A DNA stretch of 64,000 bases from an uncultured Chloroflexia bacterium (GTDB lineage Bacteria; Chloroflexota; Limnocylindria; QHBO01). The notes beneath the pieces are model-generated. The model had not been told where the DNA came from. It did not search any database and worked only from the letters and a program-made list of their open reading frames with translations. This document shows positions 56,085 to 64,000 of this stretch, in pieces. Numbering within the stretch: the stretch's first letter is position 1; each line of letters begins with the position of its first letter. Made by a program: the position numbers and the translations under genes. Where the stretch lies: the NCBI GenBank assembly GCA_963827475.1, contig CAWHAZ010000005.1, positions 352,001 to 416,000 of the forward strand, read 5' to 3'.

Positions 56085-58583
56085 CTATCGCGCCGGCAGC
56101 GGACCGACGTCGCCGCGACCGCCGTGGACCCAGAACGACGCGCCATCGGTCACGACCTCGACATTGCCGTCGAGGTCGGTGCGGAAGATGCGCAGACCGG
56201 AGACCTGGGCGAGGGCGTCGAGGGTGGACCGATGCGGATGGCCGTAGCTGTTGTCCGCGCCGGCCGAGATGATGGCGACCCGCGGCCGGGTGGCTGCCAC
56301 GAAAGCCGGAGTCGTGCCCGAGTCCGACCCGTGGTGGGCGACCTTGAGCACCTCCACCGGCCCGAGCTCGCCTCTGCCCTCGAGGAGCGCCTCGACCGGG
56401 GCCTCCGCGTCGCCGGTCAGGAGGGCCTCGAACGTGCCGTACCGGACCAGCAGCACGATCGACCCGTTGTTCACGTCGCCTTCCGGGAGGGGACCGTCCA
56501 CGTCGAGCGCGTCCGGGAACAGGATCTCGAGCGTGACCTCGCCGACCCGGATCCGCTGCCCTGCCGTCGCGGCCACGACCCTCGCACCCGGCTCGCGTTC
56601 GGCCGCCGCCATGAGGGCGCGGTGGGGGTCGGTTTCGATGAGGCGGCCGCCGTCCACGAACAGCGCGACGTCGTGCCGGCGCAGCACCTCGCCGAGCCCG
56701 CCGAGGTGGTCCTGGTGCGGGTGGGTCAGGACCACGACGTCGATCCGGCGCCGGTGGAAGGGCAACGACTGGCCGAGCCGCCGGAGCGTGAGGTCGGGGT
56801 CGGGCCCGGCATCCACCAGCGCGGTAGCGCCACCCGGTGCCTCGATGAGGATCGCGTCGCCCTGACCGATGTCGAGCACGGTGAGGTGGAGGCGGCCGTC
56901 CGAGCCGCTCATGGCGGTGGCCAGGACCACGGCCAGTACCACGCCGAGGGCCACGCGCCGTGGCCGGGCGGCCCAGGCCAGGGCCGGCGCGAACGCCGCC
57001 ACCTCGGGCAGAGCGTGCCGCGAGGAGCCATCGGCTGGCTCCAAGGGCACGAGGTCGGGCGGGCCGGGCTCCGGTCGGCCGTTCAGGCGGTGGACGACCA
57101 GGGCCAGGCCCGGATACCACGTCGCGGTGAACCACGGCGCGCCGGCGAGCGGGATGGCGGCCAGGGGCAGCGCCGCGGCGGCGGTCCCGGTCGCGATGAG
57201 CCCGCGCAGCGGCAGCCACGCCGCGCCACCGGCGAGCCAGGTGCCCGCGTCCGAAGCCAGCGGTGCCGGGACGGCAGCCGCGAGCCCGCCGATCACCGAG
57301 GCCGCCGCCGCGCCGGCCATGACCGCCGGGATGAGCGGGACGACGATGACGTTCGCCAGCGGCGCCACCAACGAGACCTGCTCGAACGTGGCCAGCAGAA
57401 CGGGGAGCGTCGCCGCCTGGGCGGCCACGGTCAGCGCCACAGGCGTTCGGATCCAGGCCGGCCAACGGCCGAGCCGCGCCTCGAGGGGAGCGGCGAGGAG
57501 AATCAGCCCGCCGGTGGCCAGGGCCGACAGCTGGAAGCCGACATCCCACAACGCGCCGGGGTTCACGAGCACCATGACCAGAACCGCTCCCATCAGCGCC
57601 GAGGCGGCATGGGCCGGCGACCCGCCCAGGCGCGCGAAGAGCAGCGCCACGGCCATGAGCGCGGCCCGCACGACCGCCGGCGAGGCGCCGACCAGCGCGA
57701 CGTACGCGACCACCGCCATGACCGCCACCACGCCCGGCACGTGCGGGCCGAACCGCGCCCGCAGCCGGTGGGTGGCCGCCGCGATGAGCGCGACCACGAT
57801 CGCGACGTTCCATCCGCTGATCGCGACCACGTGCGACAGGCCGGCCACCGCGAACGCGTCCCGGATGGCCGGGTCCATCCCGGCCCGCACCCCGAGCAGG
57901 ATCCCCGCACCCAGCGAGGCCTCGGGCTCCGGAACGGTGCGCACCAGCCCGTCGAGCAGCCAGCGCCGAACGCTCGCCGGGGCCTCGAGCATCGGATTGG
58001 ACCGATGCCCGATGACCTGCAGCTCCCACGCGCTGCCCAGCGCGCCGATCCCCTGGCGCCGTAGTCGCTCCCGATAGGCAGCCTCTTCGAGATCGGCGGC
58101 GTCCGCGGCGCGCAGCGTGACCTCCAGCGCGACCTGGTCCCCGGCCTGCACCGCGAACGCCCGCGGAACGCGGACGAGCAGCCGCCCCGGCCTCGGGCCG
58201 TCACCCAGGCTGGGATCCCGCAGCTCGAGGTCCTCCAGGACCAGGTCGTGGGCCGTGCCACGGGGCGTCGGCTCGTCGACGACCACCCCGATCAGGCGCA
58301 GGGGCGTGTCGGTCGGGAGCGTCTCCACGCCCGCGCGTCCGGCGGTCGGCGCGGCCACGGACCATCGGAGGCCACCCGCGACGATCCCGACCAGCAGGGC
58401 GATGCCGATCACCGGCGCCACCCGCATGCCGCCCGGGCGGACCGCGGCCAGCACCGCGGCGAGGGCGGCCCCAGTGCCCACCGCCAGCGCAGCCGCCGGC
58501 CACCAGCCCGCGTCGGCGGTGGCGATGCCGACCAGCGTCCCGGCCAGGACCCCCGGCAGGCCCCACGCCCCCACCTGGATCAT
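56085..58583 (-). CDS. comEC: DNA uptake competence protein ComEC/Rec2
   Basis: GLSHVVAISGWN, GFQLS, LDIGQGDA, THPHQDH, KVAHHGS, YGHPH. Confidence 0.95.
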   Translation of the reverse strand: MIQVGAWGLPGVLAGTLVGIATADAGWWPAAALAVGTGAALAAVLAAVRPGGMRVAPVIGIALLVGIVAGGLRWSVAAPTAGRAGVETLPTDTPLRLIGVVVDEPTPRGTAHDLVLEDLELRDPSLGDGPRPGRLLVRVPRAFAVQAGDQVALEVTLRAADAADLEEAAYRERLRRQGIGALGSAWELQVIGHRSNPMLEAPASVRRWLLDGLVRTVPEPEASLGAGILLGVRAGMDPAIRDAFAVAGLSHVVAISGWNVAIVVALIAAATHRLRARFGPHVPGVVAVMAVVAYVALVGASPAVVRAALMAVALLFARLGGSPAHAASALMGAVLVMVLVNPGALWDVGFQLSALATGGLILLAAPLEARLGRWPAWIRTPVALTVAAQAATLPVLLATFEQVSLVAPLANVIVVPLIPAVMAGAAAASVIGGLAAAVPAPLASDAGTWLAGGAAWLPLRGLIATGTAAAALPLAAIPLAGAPWFTATWYPGLALVVHRLNGRPEPGPPDLVPLEPADGSSRHALPEVAAFAPALAWAARPRRVALGVVLAVVLATAMSGSDGRLHLTVLDIGQGDAILIEAPGGATALVDAGPDPDLTLRRLGQSLPFHRRRIDVVVLTHPHQDHLGGLGEVLRRHDVALFVDGGRLIETDPHRALMAAAEREPGARVVAATAGQRIRVGEVTLEILFPDALDVDGPLPEGDVNNGSIVLLVRYGTFEALLTGDAEAPVEALLEGRGELGPVEVLKVAHHGSDSGTTPAFVAATRPRVAIISAGADNSYGHPHRSTLDALAQVSGLRIFRTDLDGNVEVVTDGASFWVHGGRGDVGPLPAR

Positions 58584-58593
58584 CGGCAGCGGG

Positions 58594-59190
58594 CTACGGG
58601 ACGGTCACCAGGTCGGCGATCTGCTCCAGCTGACGGGCCGTCAGGACGTCGCGCGTGACCAGCTCCTCGAGGGTCGCGAACGGTTGCTCCTCGCGGGCCG
58701 AGATGATCCGCTCGGCCGTCACCGGACCGATGCCCGGCAGCTCCTCCAGCTCGGCCTGCGTGGCGCGGTTCAGGTTCAGGAGACCGCCGCTGCCACCGTC
58801 TCCTCCCTCCCCGCCGGCCCCGGCGCCGATCACCGGGACCAGGATCTGTTGCCCATCGACGACCTCCGCGGCGAGGTTCAGGCTCTGCGCCGCAGCGGCC
58901 AGGTCGGCTGATTCCGCGTAGCCGCCCGCGGCCGCCAGCGCATCGGCGACCCGCGACCCCGCGGGCAGGTGATGGATGCCGGGCTCGTTGACCCCGCCCT
59001 CGACGTCCACGACCAGCTCGCCGCCAGTCTCCGCATCTCCGGGCTGGCTGGCGCTGGCCCATGGATCGGCCGGGAGCGGCGGCGCCCCCGCCACCGGGAC
59101 GACGCTCAGCAGGAGGGCGAGGCTGGCCGCCGCGGCCAGGACGGCGGCCACGGCGACCGCAGCCACGGTGACGAGGTCGAATCTGCTCAT
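58594..59190 (-). CDS. comEA: ComEA DNA-binding protein (SLBB + HhH)
   Basis: VDVEGGV..PG, NLAA...DGQQI, LNLNRAT...LPGIGP. Confidence 0.92.
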   Translation of the reverse strand: MSRFDLVTVAAVAVAAVLAAAASLALLLSVVPVAGAPPLPADPWASASQPGDAETGGELVVDVEGGVNEPGIHHLPAGSRVADALAAAGGYAESADLAAAAQSLNLAAEVVDGQQILVPVIGAGAGGEGGDGGSGGLLNLNRATQAELEELPGIGPVTAERIISAREEQPFATLEELVTRDVLTARQLEQIADLVTVP

Positions 59191-59334
59191 GCGCTCCTCG
59201 ACGGAGGCGAGCGAGGCGATCGGCCTGCGTCCGAAACCCGACGCCCGGGCACTCGACGCCGGGCCTCGGAAGCAGGACCGCAGGCTAGGGCCCGGTGGTT
59301 ACCTTCCGGTTACCACCCGCTATCCGATTGGGAT

Positions 59335-61929
59335 TCAGCTGGTCTTGGTGACGACGTTCACCAGTCGCCCGGGAATGTGGACGACGCGGGCCGGCGCCCG
59401 GCCGTCCAGGTAGGCCTGCACGCGCTCTGAGGCGAGCGCCAGGCGCTCGATCTCCTCCTCCGTCGTGTCCGGCGGTACCAGCAGCCGGTCCCGCAGCTTG
59501 CCGTCGACCTGGACGGGCAGCTCGATGAGGTCCTCCACGGCCAGCGCGCGATCTGCCGCCGGCCACGCCTGCTGGTGCACCGAATACGGGTGACCCCGAC
59601 GCTCCCACAGTTCCTCGGTGATGTGCGGAGCGGCCGGGGCGAGCAGGAGGAGGAGCGTGTCCACGGCCTCGTCGACGACCTCGCCAGACACCCCCCGGCT
59701 GAGCGCATCGGCGATCGCGTTCGACAGCTCCATGAGCTTCGACAGCGCGGTGTTGAAGTGCAGCTCCCCGTAGTCCGCGGTGACCGCCGCGATGGTCTGG
59801 TGGGTCGCTCGCCGTAGGGCGCGGTCGCCGGCGCTGATCGCGGCCAAGAGCTCGTCCGCCGATGTCCCGCCGCTGCCGGGGATCTCTCCGGCGATGCTGC
59901 GCGGCGGCATCCCGGGCACGGACGCATCGGGCAGCTCCGCGCCCGCCACACCGGGAGCGGATGGTTGGGCCAGGTTCCAGACCCGCGCCAGGAAGCGGGA
60001 GATGCCCTCGATGCCAGTCGGGGACCAGGGACCGCCCTGGTCCCAGGGACCGATGAACAGCAGGAACAGGCGGACCGTGTCGGCCCCGTAGCGCTCGACG
60101 AGGTCGTCGGGGTTCACGACGTTGCCGCGGCTCTTGCTCATCCGCTGGTGATCGGCGCCGAGGATCTGGCCCTGGTTGCGCAACGCGGTGAACGGCTCGT
60201 TGAATGACAGGTGGCCCATGTCCCGCAGCGCCTTTACGAAGAAGCGGCTGTACAGCAGGTGAAGCACCGCATGCTCGGCGCCGCCGGTATACAGGTTCAC
60301 CGGCATCCAGTGCCGCATCGCCTCGGGGTCCCAGGCCGCCCGATCGTCGTGGGGCGAGGTGTAACGGAGGTAGTACCAGCTCGAGTCGACAAAGGTGTCC
60401 ATCGTGTCCGTCTCGCGTCGAGCGGGCTCGCCGCCGACCGGGCAGGTGGCCGCCAAGAAGCCGGCGTGCGACTGGAGCGGCGAGACGCCGGTCGGGGCGA
60501 AGTCGACGTCACGGGGCAGGAGGACCGGCAGCTCGGACTCCGGGACCGGCTGGGCGCCGTGGACGTCGCAGTACACGATCGGGATCGGCGCGCCCCAGTA
60601 GCGCTGGCGCGAGACGAGCCAGTCCCGGATCTTGTAGGTCACCGCCGGCCCGCCGAGATCGCGCTCGGCGAGATGGGCGGTGATGGCCGCGATGCCCTCC
60701 GCCGCGCTCATGCCGGTGAACTCGCCCGAGTTGACGAGCACCTCGTCCTCGGTGTGGGCGGTGAATGCCGCGTCGACCGACGGCTCCTCGCCGCGAGGCG
60801 CCACCACCACTTCGATCGGCAAGTCGTAGCGGCGAGCGAAATCGTAGTCCCGGGCATCGTGCGCCGGCACCCCCATGATCGCGCCCGTGCCGTAGCCGGG
60901 CAGGACGTAGTCGGCGATCCAGACCGGGACTGGCTCATCGGTCAGCGGGTTCACCGCGTACGCACCGATGAAGACGCCGGAGCGCTCACGCTCAGTCGAC
61001 AGCCGATCGATCTCCGTCTCGCGCCGGGCAGCGGCCACGTAGGCCTCGACCTCCGCCCGCCGGTCATCGGTCGTCAGCCGCGGCACCAGGGCGTGCTCCG
61101 GGGCGAGCACCATGAACGTGGCCCCGAAGATCGTGTCCGGGCGGGTGGTGAACACCCGGATCGGTTCCATGCCCTCGGCATCGGCTTCCGCGGCGGATCC
61201 GATGGGTGCCACGGGGAAGTCGATCTCCGCTCCCTCGGATCGGCCGATCCAGTTCGTCTGCATGAGGAGGATCGGCTCCGGCCAGTCCATGCCGGTGAAG
61301 TCGAGCAGCTCGTCGGCGTACTTCGTGATCCGGAAGAACCACTGCTCGAGGTCGCGCTTGATGACCGGCGTGTCACAGCGCCAGCAGCGACGCTCCGTGC
61401 CGAGCACCTGCTCCCGGGCGAGCACGACCTGGTCCTTCGGGCACCAGTCGACCGCGGCCATGGCCTTGTACGCGAGCCCGGCCTTGTAGAACTGCAGGAA
61501 GAGCCACTGCGTCCAGCGGTAAAAGGCCGGATCGGAGGCGATGACCTCGCGCGACCAGTCCCACGATGCGCCCATCGTTCGGAACTGGGCGCGCATCCGG
61601 TCGATGTTGGCGTTCGTCCAGTCCGCCGGATGGATACCGCGGTCGATGGCCGCGTTCTCGGCCGGCAGCCCGAACGAGTCGAAGCCCATCGGCAGCATGA
61701 CCTGCTCGCCCCGCATCCGATGCATGCGTGCCACGACGTCCGGCCCCACGGACGCATACCAGTGACCGATGTGCACGTCCCCGCTGGTGTACGGGTACAT
61801 CGTCAGCAGGAAAAACGGGCCGCTCGCGTCGTCGTGGGCGCGGTACAGCTCGTCGCGCTCCCAGCGCTCGCGCCACCTGGCCTCGTACGAGGATGGATCG
61901 AGGCGCTCGGGCCGTGCGGCATCGGTCAT
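59335..61929 (-). CDS. leuS: Leucine--tRNA ligase
   Basis: MYPYTSGDVHIGH, GFDSFGLPAEN, FTTRPDT, YGTGAIMGVPAHD, DWLVSRQRYWG, RMSKSRGN. Confidence 0.97.
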   Translation of the reverse strand: MTDAARPERLDPSSYEARWRERWERDELYRAHDDASGPFFLLTMYPYTSGDVHIGHWYASVGPDVVARMHRMRGEQVMLPMGFDSFGLPAENAAIDRGIHPADWTNANIDRMRAQFRTMGASWDWSREVIASDPAFYRWTQWLFLQFYKAGLAYKAMAAVDWCPKDQVVLAREQVLGTERRCWRCDTPVIKRDLEQWFFRITKYADELLDFTGMDWPEPILLMQTNWIGRSEGAEIDFPVAPIGSAAEADAEGMEPIRVFTTRPDTIFGATFMVLAPEHALVPRLTTDDRRAEVEAYVAAARRETEIDRLSTERERSGVFIGAYAVNPLTDEPVPVWIADYVLPGYGTGAIMGVPAHDARDYDFARRYDLPIEVVVAPRGEEPSVDAAFTAHTEDEVLVNSGEFTGMSAAEGIAAITAHLAERDLGGPAVTYKIRDWLVSRQRYWGAPIPIVYCDVHGAQPVPESELPVLLPRDVDFAPTGVSPLQSHAGFLAATCPVGGEPARRETDTMDTFVDSSWYYLRYTSPHDDRAAWDPEAMRHWMPVNLYTGGAEHAVLHLLYSRFFVKALRDMGHLSFNEPFTALRNQGQILGADHQRMSKSRGNVVNPDDLVERYGADTVRLFLLFIGPWDQGGPWSPTGIEGISRFLARVWNLAQPSAPGVAGAELPDASVPGMPPRSIAGEIPGSGGTSADELLAAISAGDRALRRATHQTIAAVTADYGELHFNTALSKLMELSNAIADALSRGVSGEVVDEAVDTLLLLLAPAAPHITEELWERRGHPYSVHQQAWPAADRALAVEDLIELPVQVDGKLRDRLLVPPDTTEEEIERLALASERVQAYLDGRAPARVVHIPGRLVNVVTKTS

Positions 61930-62519
61930 GGCGTGCCCTCCCCGGCGCGCCATCGGTCGGCCGCGCCGCTCTCCGGGAACCATGCCATGAGCAGCTCGTC
62001 GCGGTACGTGCCGTCAGCCTGGCGGAACTGGCGCCGGCGCAGTCCCTCGCGGACGAAGCCGGCCCGCGTGTACACCGCGATCGCCCGCGCATTGTCGGGG
62101 AACACGCTGAGCGCCAGGCGGGTCATGCCCCGCTCGCGCACCCAGTCCTGGGCGGTGGCCACCAGGGCAGTGCCCAGGCCGACGTCCCGCCAGCCGCCGG
62201 CCACGGTCACCGACAGCACGCCGACGTGGCGCGAGCTGACATCCCGGTCCGACATCACCAGGGCGTTGCCCACGACCTCGCCGCCGGCGTCGGCGACCAC
62301 CACGGCGGACTCGTCGGCCCGGATCAGCTCCGCGATGAAGAACGCCTCGGACGGCGGGCTCACCGCCGTGGCCGGCGTCACCAGCCAGCGCCCCTCGGCG
62401 CGGACCGCCGCGTACAGGTTCGCCAGGGGCTCGGCATCGGCCGGGCGAGCGTGGCGCAGCACCCATGGACGGCCGTCGGCCGCAATGCGCTCCGAGATGA
62501 AGGTGCTGGTCGTGGTCAC
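61926..62519 (-). CDS. GNAT acetyltransferase (YhhY/AaaT-like)
   Basis: RHVGVLSVTV...RDVGLGTAL, LSVFPDNARAIAVYTRAGFVREG, DELLMA; GGAG SD before GTG 62519; ATGA overlap with leuS. Confidence 0.85.
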   Translation of the reverse strand: MTTTSTFISERIAADGRPWVLRHARPADAEPLANLYAAVRAEGRWLVTPATAVSPPSEAFFIAELIRADESAVVVADAGGEVVGNALVMSDRDVSSRHVGVLSVTVAGGWRDVGLGTALVATAQDWVRERGMTRLALSVFPDNARAIAVYTRAGFVREGLRRRQFRQADGTYRDELLMAWFPESGAADRWRAGEGTP

Positions 62520-62547
62520 CGCCGTGGCTCCGTCGATATCGGTCCCG

Positions 62548-62587
62548 AGAAACAACGCGACCCCGCTTCGTCAGGACGAAGGGGGTC
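62548..62587 (-). terminator. T-box leader terminator
   Basis: GACCCC-CTTCGTC / GACGAAG-C-GGGGTC stem followed by TTGTTTCT; overlaps the 3' arm of the antiterminator. Confidence 0.75.
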
Positions 62588-62620
62588 AGCCTCGCGGTAC
62601 CACCTGAGCTTGACCGATGG

Positions 62621-62696
62621 TGGTGGAGCTGGGGGGACTCGAACCCCCGACCCCCTGCATGCCATGCAGGTGCTCTCCCAGCTGAGCTACAACCCC
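62621..62696 (-). tRNA. tRNA-Ala (anticodon GGC)
   Basis: GGGGUUGUAGCUCAGCUGGGAGAGCACCUGCAUGGCAUGCAGGGGGUCGGGGGUUCGAGUCCCCCCAGCUCCACCA: 76-nt cloverleaf, G3:U70, A73, encoded CCA. Confidence 0.97.
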
Positions 62697-62860
62697 ACGG
62701 TCGGTCCACTCGTCGGCGCGATATCGGACGCCATCCGGCCGGCTCTCACCAGCTGCTCGACGGGCGAGTTCCGCGCTTCGTCGCCACCGGCTTCCACCGT
62801 CCCGGCTCGCTGCGGGCGACGTGGGCGCCTACTGCTCCCGCGTCAACGCGTTCGTGGCCG

Positions 62861-62890
62861 AGTATAGCGAAGGGTGTCGCGCCCTCTCAA
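62861..62890 (-). promoter_or_regulatory. Sigma70-type promoter of the T-box/tRNA-Ala/GNAT/leuS unit
   Basis: TTGAGA-18 nt-TATACT, ending about 11 nt before Stem I. Confidence 0.75.
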
Positions 62891-62916
62891 TCGGTGCCGA
62901 TGGCGCGCCGTCCGCT

Positions 62917-63701
62917 TCAGACGGCCGGCGCCTCGGGCTCCGCTTCGTCCTTCGCCCCGGCTGCCGGGCCAGCCAGGCGGCCCACAGCGGAACCAGGATG
63001 CCCGCGAAGACGATGGTGATGACCTGCGACAGCAGGAAGAAGTCGAACTCGGTGCCCGCCTCGATGAGCAGCGGGACGGCCACGTGGTCCCAGACGACGC
63101 TGATCAACCCGAGCACGGCAACGACCCGCGCGAAGACCGCCAGGCCGGCGGGAACCCAGCCCGCCGCGCCGGCGAGCCCGGCGAAGGCCAGCAGACCGAT
63201 GGCGAACATGACCACGACTCCGCCGTTCAGCCAGAACACGATTCCCTCGACGACGAACCGGATCATCTCCCGGCTCACGAGCTCCTCGGCGAGGAACCCG
63301 CAGTCGCAGTACTCGGGGTTGGTGGCGGCCTCGATGGCGCCGAGGTAGATCAGATTCGACGCGACCCCAAGGGTGCCGGCCACGATGAAACCGACGGCCA
63401 TGAGGCCGCTTCGGGCGTCTTCACGATTCATCGCCTGGCTGAGGACGAGACCAAGGACCGCAATCCCCGCAAACGCGATCGCGAACAGAAGCGACGACGA
63501 GAGGTCTTCGAGCCAATGCTCCTGGGCGTGTTCGAAACCGGCCAGGATGACGTCGACGCCCGTGAGATTGGGATCAAAGGGGGGCTCCGGCACGAAGACG
63601 TGGAAAATCTTCAGCCCGTAGATGACGGCCGCGAGCAGCAACGCGACGGCGATCAACCAGCCAAGTCGGGATGTATGGGTGCGCCAGGCGGAATCAGGCA
63701 T
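62917..63701 (-). CDS. Polytopic membrane protein
   Basis: About 6 TM helices, YCDCGF loop; probable true stop TGA at 62917-62919 after a 1-nt indel. Confidence 0.65.
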
Positions 63702-63787
63702 CAAGCGGGTCTCTCCTCTGGTCGGTTCGAGCGCAGCATGATCGGTCCTCGCGCGGGCCGTTGCCGGTCGTTTTGGCGCGCCCTTGC

Positions 63788-64000
63788 TCAGAGGAGCGTT
63801 CGGAGGCCGGCCTCCAGCTCGCGCGGGGCGTAGCCCAGCTCGCGCTTCGCCTTCTCGCTCGACGCCCAGTACGTCACGCCGACGGACGCTCGGATGGTCT
63901 CGCCAATATTGGGGTCGCCCCCGAGCACAGGTCCGATGAGCGCGCCGAGGGGAGCGAGCCCGCGGAGCAGCCAGGAAGGCGTCGAGACCTTGGGCGGCTC
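63788..64000 (-). CDS. NAD-dependent epimerase/dehydratase family, C-terminal part
   Basis: ...TYWASSEKAKRELGYAPRELEAGLRTLL*. Confidence 0.7.
   Translation of the reverse strand, partial: EPPKVSTPSWLLRGLAPLGALIGPVLGGDPNIGETIRASVGVTYWASSEKAKRELGYAPRELEAGLRTLL

Larger units (their letters stand above)
62548..62849 (-). ncRNA. Leucine T-box riboswitch (specifier CUC) upstream of GNAT-leuS, with a tRNA gene inside Stem III
   Basis: Stem I 62849-62755 (AGUAG, AGCGA bulge, GGUGGAA loop, GAA-CUC specifier at 62768-62766); Stem II with GAGA loop; IIA/B pseudoknot with CCGAUAUC; T-box AGGUGGUACCGCG at 62605-62593; antiterminator UCAGG/CCUGA plus GCGA/UCGU. Confidence 0.92.

Noticed and set aside
55227-62607. 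Long opposite-strand or alternative-frame ORFs (55227-58064, 60211-62607; also 31323-34001 and 51236-53692)
   Set aside because: Shadow ORFs caused by high GC3 in the real genes; no recognisable motifs.
62621-62696. tRNA-Ala as an integration site of a prophage or island
   Set aside because: No integrase and no duplicated tRNA 3' fragment seen in the window; both flanks are contiguous parts of one T-box.
62829-62920. Membrane-protein ORF running through the T-box promoter into Stem I
   Set aside because: The alternative frame gives GAKDEAEPEAPAV* at 62917, just before the promoter; an indel is more plausible.

Overview
High-GC (roughly 70% by eye) core-chromosome segment. Gene content and style suggest Chloroflexota, possibly a Limnocylindria-like lineage (inference). 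It holds a complete pentose-phosphate operon (tkt-tal-pgi-gnd-zwf-opcA-pgl), glgP, a LigD/Prim-Pol polymerase-domain gene, cysS, fabD-fabF, speB, a pseudouridine catabolism pair, pyrG, rho, obgE-nadD-rsfS, comEA-comEC-holA, leuS, and a ~5 kb surface-protein gene built from 360-bp repeats. About 20 genes, including essential ones, carry single-base frameshifts that look like long-read sequencing errors. The stand-out feature is at 62548-62890 on the minus strand. A complete leucine T-box riboswitch (specifier CUC) lies in front of a GNAT-leuS operon and has an intact 76-nt tRNA-Ala(GGC) gene nested inside the loop of its Stem III, between the tRNA-sensing Stem I/II and the antiterminator. Other signals are pervasive leaderless-type -10 boxes exactly 6 nt before start codons and a structured anti-SD leader before a CxxC-x17-CxxC gene.
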